Below, one piece after another: positions 1 through 10,947 of a DNA stretch of 64,000 nucleotides. The stretch is taken from NCBI GenBank assembly GCA_976226885.1, contig OZ320322.1, positions 42,470,001 to 42,534,000 of the forward strand, read 5' to 3'. The position numbers were made by a program, and so were the translations under genes. The DNA is from Iphione sp. A-MEVVRFRX5 (Eukaryota). Each line of letters starts with the position of its first letter. Within the stretch, counting starts at the first letter, position 1. Under the pieces are notes generated by a model. The model saw nothing but the letters and a program-made list of their open reading frames with translations. It had not been told where the DNA came from and did no database searches.

Positions 1-3000
1 TGCTGGTAAGTAGCAGTTGGTAGCTGCTTACATACGTCGATGGTGGTTGGTTGGTGTGGAGTTACTTGGTTTGTAGTTCTTGGTAGATACAGAGGGATAC
101 AAAGGGATCGACGGTGGGGAATGGTAGGTGTGAAAGTGGTCTTCAGTGATTGTTGACGATCGGTGATAAATGGTAGGTGGGGGTTGTCTTCAGTGATTGT
201 TACTGATTGGTGCATGGTGAATGATAGGTGTGAAGGTGGTCTTCAGTGATTGTTAACAATTGTCTACCTTGTCTCTCTTGAGTTTCACTTGACTACACGG
301 TGAAACGCATCGGCCGCAAGACATATTGACCAGGGGACAAATCGACGAAATGAACGCATATTCTATAAATGCTAGCTAGATAAGTGACAGCGCTGTCGAT
401 ACCAGAGCCAGCAGGTCATCAGATGTTAATACCACACTCAGGCACTGCAGTCAATTTCCTATCCTTATCGAACTGTTCGGGGGCGCCTCTAGCCAACTCT
501 GAGTACCCTATCGCCCACCAGGTGGCCGATGTGACCCTCCATCAATACTTTAAGTCAGCGCCGCCAGGAACTTGGTAATCGGCCCCTGGGGGGAGGGCAA
601 GACGAAGGTGCCGTGTTCCTCGCAGACGACTAGCATAAGAAGGGAGTCGTGAGAAAAACGAAGTGAAAGGAGTGCCAAGTGTTTGGTTACTGTGCTGGCG
701 GACCTGTGGGTCGCGGTGGTCACTTAGGGATAGGGGCAGGGGTGGATGGCAAACTTGCCTGAGGTGCCACTTTGCTCACCAGGGGGGAACGTAGAAGCTA
801 ACCACGGGGAAAGGTGGGTGCTTAATGGAATAAGCAGTGGGAATCCTGTGCTGAAGAGGGCGCTCTAGCATTCAGCAGAAAATCCGAAGAAAATTGAAGA
901 GACGATCAGAAGACCTTTCGAGCATTTGCAATAATTATCACGGATAAAAATCAGCCCCCTACCAGCTACACGTATGTGATACTCGGTCATCTGGATAGAG
1001 AGAGATAGGAGAGGATAGAGAGAATCACCGTAACACGATAGAGAGGACTGATTGAATTGAATTGAACAGGTCCTCTTCTCGGTGGATAAATATGTACATC
1101 GAGTTCTTCCTGAGAAATTTGAACAAAGAACAATATACGGTGAGAATATGAAATGCGAGAGAAGCAGTTCTGATCACGTTCACCTGAATGCGCTTCCGAG
1201 AAAAGAACATTTCTCAGGTGTCAAAACCAAAAGAGCAAACTGTATACCTGTAAACTAAGGTCTGAGGAGTATCGGGAACAGAGGCGATATTAGCACTTCT
1301 TTCCTGCGTACCCGACAGCCATTTCAGTATGACTATATCCCAACACGTGGGTAGATTACTTCCGCCAATATTCTCTCACTTCATCTATATTAGCGGCCTG
1401 CGGATCGTGTCAATCCCAGCCGCGTTTGTAGCGATCCAGCGCAATGTATGCCATCTACACAAACCTACGCAGAAAAAAAAGCCATCCCAAACCACCTTAG
1501 AGTTAGAAGGTTTGGGGGAACCAATGTCCAAGTTTAGAAAACTGACCCGTGAAGTAAACCTTTCTGTACGAGGTGGTATCCCGACTACATGTTCACAAGG
1601 TACTACAAGATTTGAAATACGAAACCGTTCGGATTGTGTTATTTCACCTCCTCTGCCTGAGGTAAAGGGGCTTCGCCACCTGACTACATCGTCAGAGACA
1701 GCTAATACCGGTAGGAAGAGGTAAGAATCACAGTCCATGTCCAAGGTTGCCTATGGTCTATGAATATTCATGGACAGCAGAGACTAAAAGAAGTGCTTCA
1801 CTGATAGGAATGGAATGGTCTGTATTTGGATATTATATATTATGCATATACATATGATTTCTGTGTGATTTTCTGCGTGAATTTTGGGGTGAAAACGTCT
1901 AGGGATTCGGTGGTGAGAAGGTAAAAAGGTGGATTCTGCTTAGCGTGTGTCTGTTTAATGTAAATATTTTGAGAATGATTGATTCTGTATTTGCATGTGC
2001 CTCTTTTATGCAAATATATCCAAAAATTATTCATGAATAATTATTTCTCACACATTGTCAACTCACGTACTTTAATGCTACACAGCGTTACTTTCCCGTA
2101 ATAGTAGGCCTAGCTAGGGACTTGTAGTCTACGAAAGAACATCCATCCATCATTCCTGCCTGTCCACGTCACCGTCACTATGGGTGTTATTTTCAACACA
2201 AGACGTGCAAATTTATATGTACCTTGGGCCTAAAGGGACTGAGAGTAAGGTTGCTTTGCCTGTGAGCATGCGTATTTTGGTACATAAAATGTAGAAGGCA
2301 CATATAGGTCTACGTACGTACCTGATGTCTTTCTATTTGTGCGTGTGTGTGGGGGGGGGGGATGGGGGGCATCAATAATATCAACTTAACCAAAACCAAA
2401 TGGAAAACGATATCAGGGGAATTATGAAAGAGATGTGTAAGAATAATCTCAAAGAGTTTGAAAAAAGATGAATTTAGTTATCGTGAGTAGACAGTGGAAT
2501 TGACCGCAATCGTTACGAGTAGAGAAGAACCCAAATAAGCCTGATGAATTCACCATTAGAAGGGAGACATGATAATTAGCTTCATAAGTAGTTTCATAAG
2601 AGGAGAAGAATTGGAAGGAATAGAAATAAATCAGCAGCATATATGATAACAGTGATCATATGAGCATAGGAAGGAATAAGATAATGGATCAAGAAACAAG
2701 AGAGAAAGAGAATAAGATAACAGTTCGGTAACAATTAAAATACCTCCATATTGGATGATACATGTACTTCCATGGCGGGGGCACAAGTATTTATGTCAGA
2801 ATGCAATATGGCCTTGTGAGTAAACAATCTTGCGACGAAGATTTGTAGGATCAAAGAGCATTGGATCCCACGGAACATGTGGACATGATGCTCTGGAAAG
2901 TAGGTCTTCAATCATTAGTTCTTCAATTGAGGTATTTCTCAAATGGGGCTGGGTCGATCTCTCTCACATACGATCGGGGCATAGTCATTACAATATAAGA

Positions 3001-6000
3001 CACTTGAGAACCAGGCTCTGACAAATGCATACTGTACTAGCTTCATATACAGGGGATCAAGCAGCTGAAACAATCTTCTGCCTGCCCTGAGGCTACTAAG
3101 AAAGCCACAATTCAAGGTGCAGACTAAGAGGATGATACTTGAAGGCATGATCAAGCCAGGATTGGACTGCTAGTGCATAACCACAGCTACTATTGTCAAA
3201 TCATCACTATACTAAATGGACTGCTAACACCCATCTATCTAAAAACAGCTAGACAAATCAGTAGCATGAAGCTAGAACTTCTTACTGTTTACCATATAAT
3301 TCTGTGTGTTCAATGTGCTCGTTATGAGTAACTGGTTGAAAAGCATCCTTTATATGGGTTACATTTTTTTTTGCTCAATAAACATCATTGTCATTGTCAT
3401 ATACCCATGTACAAGTAAACTTGCATATGCAGTCAAGACTTAAAACCTCCGAATCGAAAATCCAAAGATGGATTTAAACACAGAAAGAAATGCATTGTAC
3501 CTGAAGATAATTTTACCATATATTGTTGTCTGAATGATACAACAAATATTCGAAGCCCGCATACAAACGCATCCAAAGAATGAAACTGGTAGACTGTTAG
3601 TAGCCTGAAAATCCAAACAGAATGGTACGTACCAAACTAAGCTCTTTGATTGGATCGCACACAAACCTGGTGGTAGTCTAGTCACAGACATAACCCTGCA
3701 TTGTCTGGCCCCCCTTCCACCCGCGACTTGATAAAGCGTGTTGAAAGGGCATATGTCGCGTATATATTGTGGTCCAGTATCGGGCAAAGGGACACATGCT
3801 ACATGTTTCTTTGTATTGCACGTTACCCCCCCCCCGCACATATAGATACATTCGTACAGACGAATACTCTGTCCAGTCACCGTATTCAGGTAAACAGGTC
3901 AATACATATCCATGGTGGCCCATGCATGCGCATAGATCACCGTACTGTAACAAGCAAACTACAATGTATATGCCTACGTTCACAGATGCTGTCACATATA
4001 TGTGATCACTCAAATATCACACATGAACACTTGAGACACGTTGACACAACCAGGGCTCAAGTCGTAACACAATCACAGGCAACCAAATGAAGAATGTCGG
4101 GTTAGCATTTACTCGATGAGAAGAGTTGCTTTCAGCCGCTAATCTAGCCAGAAGCTGGTCAGTGAGGGTGAATACTGATTAAAGCACTCCGCGGGCAAGT
4201 CCCAGTCGTCTTATTAGCTTCCCGCCAGGCGGCAGTACTGCTAGCCACTCAGGTATCAGTAACGGAAGTGGAGGGGCTGGGGGGATGGAGTGGAGGGCAG
4301 TAAGTCTCCACTGACATAACACATGGAGAATGTTGAGAGTAAAATAAGAAATCCCCCAACCATTTATAGGCGATGCGTTGAACAGGAAGTGGTTCAGAGA
4401 GTCAATTAACAAATCACAAAATGTCAGAGAGGGAACAAATGGACCTTCCCAAATTCCAGTGAATGATTACTGGAGAATCCACGACTCCAAATTCAGAACC
4501 AAATTCTGCATTTCAAGCATACCGGAATTAGTTGTACCCCACCTTCTGCAATTGCCTCTATAGGGAGGAGACTTCCGTTGTTGCCTTGACCATTTTCTCA
4601 ATATCTTCCAGTGTGAGTGGGCTTTGTATCAGCCCTGTCATTTCCTTAAGTAGGATTTGTTGTACTCTGCGGCTGTTTACAGAGGCGCATTCCTATTGGG
4701 TAGGCCCTTTGTTGCTAACAGCCCCATGTTTCGAGGAACCCTGCCAGTGTGCAGGCTTTGTTGTACCCCTTCCAATATTCTGCTGTGTCTCGTAATGAGA
4801 TAACCTTGTCGTGGCGTCCCAGTCTCGTTGATGTGTGTCCAAGTGATCAGAACTTGTCGTACCCTGTTCCACATCCTGCAGTCTCTCTAGATAGAGTAGA
4901 CCCTTTCCTTGCTGGAGTAGACCCTTTCCTTGAAGATCCTTTATAATCAAGAGGCCTTTGTTGCCGAGCTTAGTGTCAGACAGGAATGTCTGGTCCGCAT
5001 CTCTGTTTCCGAGAAGTTATCTGTATACTATCGTTTTTCTCATTCCTTTACTTTTACTGTCAAGACTGCTTATTTAAGTCATCATTACCTGCCATCTCAT
5101 TCGCTGTTCTTATCTCAATTTATAATGATCTCTAATATTTCTTTAAAAGCTAATACTGTCCTTCTGTTGCGCCAACGTCTGTTGGCCTGTTTCTGAATAA
5201 TTTACACTTCATATTTGACACATATAGGTAAATTGCCGCTGTTTGTAACGTAATTCCTTCACGGCTGAAGTAAAGATATTACGCCCGCTGCTTAATCTAA
5301 GATTTTCCTCTATATTCTCCTTTTCCACACGACATATATGCCTTGCGTCCTCGCCTTCTCAGCAGCCATTCCTTTTATTCAACCTTCCTACTTGTCACTG
5401 TAGAAACGTCATAATTGTCTCTACACGAGCCAGCGACGCATTTGTTAAACGTTACTGTCATCGAAATGACTATCAAGTCCTCCTTCACGACAATTTCTTT
5501 AATATTCGAGATTGCAACATTTGAAAATCCTATTTCACTTCTCATCATGCATAGTAATACGCCAAGATATTCCAGTCAAAATAAAAAAAAAAGGAGCAAC
5601 CAATGAATAGTATCACAATTAACGCAGTCGGTTACAAATAAGTTCTTCCTCACTATATATATATATATAATATACACGCTCTTGAAATTTACGAAACAAA
5701 TGGTCATAATGTTGAACGTTGATATTTTAACAGATAGGCGCATCTGCAAGATGGAAACGAAGGGTAACCATGCATTTCAGTCAGCCGATGGTTCCATAGA
5801 CTAATATTCCCTGTCTCTGACGCCCTACCATGGACCCTTCATCTTTTTATGGGGGAACTGAACGTTGACGAATGTGCTATTGATTCTGCAGTAAAAGGAC
5901 ACCTCTGTTGAACCTATCCTCTAGCTGTCATCTCACAGACGTGCAGGTATGAAGACATGGCTTGTGTGTCACCTCGAAACTGCCTGTAGATAGAACGGCA

Positions 6001-9000
6001 ATGGAGCGACAGCTAGGCGACTGCAGCGACTGGGTAGTAGTGTCGGCTTCAGGACAACGAAGCAGGGAAACAATAGTAAGATGTCAATTAGAGTCGGCAT
6101 TTCGAAGGACTGCATTGGATATGTTTGTCTTACGTCTTTCTTATTTGTTTGTCAGCTCCCATGCTGTGTGGAAGGTAAGTAGAATTTCAGGCCGAACATC
6201 TGAATGTCTAATAGATATGGCAAATGTGATTTCTCCGTTTCCGTTGTGGCGTCTTGTCATGTGAACCACATAATCTTTGTAAAAGAAGTTGTAGTTATAT
6301 GTTTCCAAGTATTGCAAGTCACCCCAAAAAACTCCGTTAAAAAACTGACATAATTAGCCATTTCTTTAAAAGGGAACATGCACATTTTATACTGATAGAT
6401 AGTCTATACTAGTGACGTTCCTTAGCTGTTCATATTTCATACATAAGATTCTATTGGGATACCTAAGTTTTGTATGAAGTAATTTCTTTCCAGAAAAATA
6501 CCATAGCCATTACTGAGGTGGCAAGGCAATCGTTTCAAAAATCTTGATTTAGTTTGTATCTTGTAATATTAACATGCTTACAGACCATTGCCTGTGAGGA
6601 AATGAGCCTTAAAATCCCAAGCAAATCCAATGAGCGATTCAGTTCTGCCTTATCTAGACCTTCAGCCTGCTGGAAACATCGTGCGATCGGGACTGGCTGC
6701 ACAGTCAGAGAAAATTAAACTTTCCAGGAGGAAGCCTAATAGTTTACAGAAAGGATTCCGAGGGAATGTGGAAGGGGAAATGTTGGAAAAGGGGAACCTG
6801 TATAAAATTTCTTTAATGATTATCAGACGCGAACGAAGAACATAACAGAAAAACAAATCACATATTCGAGTGACCATCTTTTGGAAATGTCAATAAAAAT
6901 GGGGGAACATTGGCATGTAGACGTACCACGCCTTTTATAGGCAAACTAGTGATCTGGAAGGGCAATGATAGGGCAATTGCTGCTTTATGAAGCTATATCA
7001 AATGAACACTGAATGAATAATTTACTTTGCCTTTGCTCGGTTTTCTGTGATGAAATCATTGTAAGTAAGCATCCAAGATGCGTCTGAAAGCGGTATAACA
7101 GGTTCAATAGAAAAATTCTTCTTAGGTCCACGGCTTATTACGACATTGGCAGCCATATGCAAGTCAATCATTGACCGTCAGACAATAGGACAATTTACTG
7201 GCTATCAGGAGGATCTATATTGAAACTACTTATCACTTCATTCAAACAAATCACTTCCCACTATCAAAAGACTATTTCTATAGTTAATGTGACAATACGG
7301 ACCGTACCATCTCTGTGTGAAATTGACTTACAGTGTCGCAATGCGCCCCCTTATACTCATATATTTTTATAAAATGATATTCTGTACTGATTCCAGACTG
7401 TTCTATTTCCATGTCATGTCCACATTATATCCCGTCAATTCAGTGGCATTCGACTGCACGTATATTCTCATTCGTTAATCATTAACATCAAAATTCGTGA
7501 TTTTCCCAACCACCTCTCCCTTGAATGACAACTATTTATACAGTTATGTGGCAGTTTCTCGTCTACCTGTCTACCCTCCCACAACGAACAGGTCTGTGGG
7601 GGATGAACTACCCGTTAGGGACAGTTCCTTCATCGCAATAAACACATCTTCGAGCTGTTAAAGATAAGTAACAACGGGATATTTTGAATAATGTTCCAAC
7701 TATGTCGCAAATATTACAGATTCTCGTTGATTGAAGGCCGATTATGATGTCACAAGAGGCAAAAAATACCGAGTTGTAGCCGGATGGTTGTCACTTCAGC
7801 GATGGTTTTATGCACTGACCGATTACTTGGTGGTTTTGATATTGTCCATCCTTTACTCGCCTTCTACCGCTTGTATAATACTTTAATTAATTCAATCTAT
7901 GACGTTTATCAGGACGGTTTTCATAGATTGGAAGCTGTGACATACATTAACTACATCTGACAGTGACAGCACTACATTTCTTGCATATTTCCAAGCTGCA
8001 GGACGACTTTCTGCCACTCAGCGATGAGCCAAGTCCCTTCGGCTCGTCTTAGTTCCCATTACAGGGGATAAGAAACATCCGATTAGGACTTTAACGAAGG
8101 ATTCTCTCCTACCCCTGCAATAATCAAGGGAGAGGATTTCAGAGGATGTAGTAGCTCAATACCTGATGGTATACAAAGGCATACTTTGATGGAAAGAATA
8201 ACTGTTGTAACGGTTGTTATCTTAAGCCATCTTTTGACAGCAGATTTATGCTTTTCTTCTGTATCCTCCTTTGCAATACAGACGTGACCAGACAAGTAGA
8301 AACTTGAGCAATGAAGCTACCCTTTACCATGCAGTGTTTCAGTGAATTGTTAAGCCACGTGTACGGCAAGTGGACCATAATAGGGACATGCAATGATCAC
8401 AATATAAGAACAGCGATAAGCTCTTCGCTTTAAATGCGAACTGGCGATGAGCATGGCAGAAGCTTAGTCCTTGTGCTGTCGGGGTGGGGGATATCGCCTG
8501 CTAACTACAACACCCTCATGGAAATGGGGGTCTGGCTCTGAATCACAGATATAATGAAATCATTATGATGGCAAAACGATGACTGATAATGTTATGACGA
8601 CGTTATGCATAAAAACATTATTTTTATTAGAAATTAGGCTAAGTGAAGAGGGCATTGTACGAACATGTATTTTTTATTATCACATTGCTTGGTTGTTAAT
8701 GTTATCGTTAGATACATACTATTTTATATTGATATGAATCTCTATATGATATATCCACACGTACATATGTATATAGGTGGACAAGTCCTAGGCAGCAGCT
8801 ATAGGTAAATATAACACTATCCAGGTTATCAGCAACACGCCGCACTAACTCAGTTGGAGTTGTCTTCTGAGGACTCAAGGAGTGTAACGTGTGTAAGAGG
8901 AGACTACTGGAGTGATGCTTGATTTTGTCATATTTTTTACATTGAAATTCAGTTGAAGGTTAGGACAAAAGCGACCCAACTGCAAGATGCAGTTTGCCGC

Positions 9001-10441
9001 TGGCCGTATAGGCACGTGCCAATCTTTCTATCGACGTTGTGCCCTATTGTAGAGTTATATAAATTTGGCTAGCGCCCAGTAGACCTCCGTCTTAATCGGA
9101 CCATGCAAAACCTTTTAGTAAAATGTCCTGTCCGTATATTCTCTGTAGATGAAGAAACACAGTCCACACAAAAGTAAGCTTTAGCTCTCAAAACACCATG
9201 CCTCTATACGGGTAAACCTTTTCACATGAAATCAGAGCTAGAGTTCATGCGATAACATTGAACCAACAGACAGTAATGATTCATGAAATAAAAAGGGAAT
9301 GAGTCACACAAAGAAGCGAGCTGCAGGATCAGTTAACCGTTATTTCCCTAAGCAGGCAACATGCATTCTAATTGTAAGTTACGTTTCACCAGGAGCAGGC
9401 AGGAATGATTTCTTGCGGGGACGTTACCTTTATTTCATCTTATTTTATGGTGTGTTTCTCCCCATTCATTTCAGGTTGGTAAATTCAAGGAGGTGACAGT
9501 GTTCCGTTTCCGTGTAATTCATGACAATCTTAAACCACGCCTTCCCCTTCAGCTTTTGAAGAGGACCACCTTCTGAGTATTTAGTCGCCGTCAGTAGCGG
9601 ATCTGCTCTGCTACGTTACAAAACTAATCCACAGCGCGGTGTGCTTTCCCACTTGCACTCCATTACCTCGGCTTTTCTTTTACCTCCGAGAGAACTCTTT
9701 TCTCGAAGAAAATTATTTACTGATTCTTCCCCAACTTTCCTTGAAGATATTTTCCAATTAAAAAATGACTGAATTGATATTGTCGCCTCCGCTTCAAATA
9801 AGCGGTGTTTTCTCATTCAATAATTCTAGCAAAACACGGAACGAACGACAAGAGCTGTGATTTCCACAAACTGTTGAAATAATAACTATGGTGGTACATG
9901 AAAGACGATAGGACCATAAAGTTGATACATCTCCAGGAAAACCGCCGGAAGTTGGTAGGCCATGTCTTACGAGGACGTCGATGTTGCACGCATCTCCGCC
10001 TGAACACCCTCCACGTTCCTCCCCTTACTCGAGCACGGCCATGGTAACCGGATAACCCGGTATCCCTTAGCCAAATCGGATTCTAACTAATTTGACTCCT
10101 TCTTACTTGCGTGCAGCGGCATGTCTTGAAGACAGCATCTCTCATAAGATTGCATTATTAGGACCAGAAGGGCGTCGCGTTTAGTTGAAGGGGGGGTTGC
10201 ATTACCTTGACCTTAAGGCGTTGCGAAATCTCGGTTACATAAGCCTGACCCATACGTGACCGTGAACCATAAGCTACGTAACGACTGCAAAGCTTGTTTT
10301 GCCCGCTGAGATTCCGCACCGAGATGACAAATGACCCTAAGGAGCCGTCACAAATGAAATATTCCCAACTGTTTTAGTTTTTTCATAGTTTCAATTGTAT
10401 GACATAAAATACAGTTACTTTAGCACTAACAATACAGTATG

Positions 10442-10445
10442 ATTA
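10442..10445. repeat. Target-site duplication ATTA (left; partner at 20799-20802)
   Basis: ATTA immediately precedes the left LTR and immediately follows the right LTR; a 4-bp TSD is typical of many Gypsy elements. Confidence 0.9.
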
Positions 10446-10756
10446 TGTAACGTCCGCTCCGCAAGTAAGACATGACTCCAGTTAAGATAAAGAGGTTTAT
10501 TCAGTAAGAACAATATGAGCATAAGCAGTGAGCACCAACAGTGAGCACTAAAGGTAATCTGAACTGCCCGGGTGGGCCAACTCCCTTATATACCCACCCC
10601 CAGTCTCCTCAGCATCCGGGTACCAGACCCCTCATACTCCGCAGCACCCCTTCGAGTGCCGCACGGGGGCGTGCCGCTGCACCCCACCAGTCCAGTCCAC
10701 TGTGCCGCAGCACCCCTGGTGTGCCGCGGTGCCGCAGCCACGCAGTGGCTCCAACA
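10446..10756 (-). repeat. 3' LTR
   Basis: TGTAACGTCC...CTCCAACA on plus strand; matches 20488-20798 at 306/311 positions by manual comparison; directly adjoins the PPT. Confidence 0.97.
10496..10501 (-). terminator. LTR polyadenylation signal AATAAA (copy in 5' LTR at 20538-20543)
   Basis: Minus strand CTGAATAAACC about 90 nt downstream of the TATA box, giving the expected U3-R-U5 order. Confidence 0.7.
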
Positions 10757-10769
10757 TTGCCCTCCCCTT
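10757..10769 (-). promoter_or_regulatory. Polypurine tract
   Basis: Minus strand AAGGGGAGGGCAA abuts the TG of the 3' LTR. Confidence 0.9.
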
Positions 10770-10947
10770 AGAGGTTGCTTGTCCCCAAGCAACTCGCTTC
10801 CCAACCGTAACTGCAACTGTAACTGTCTGTAACTGTTCAACACTCTCAAGTCCTAGGGCGGTCTGGCGTCCAAGTCCGGTAACACATTCCTCGTAATGTC
10901 GTGAATCCAGGGGCAGTCCGATCATCAGCTATACCCGCTTCTCCGAA

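Noticed and set aside
1051-1066. (ATTGA)3 as another LINE tail
   Set aside because: No AATAAA or LINE-like sequence upstream; too short
4894-4932. Small local duplications (also 26139-26200 and about 48114-48150)
   Set aside because: Two-copy slippage duplications with no further structure
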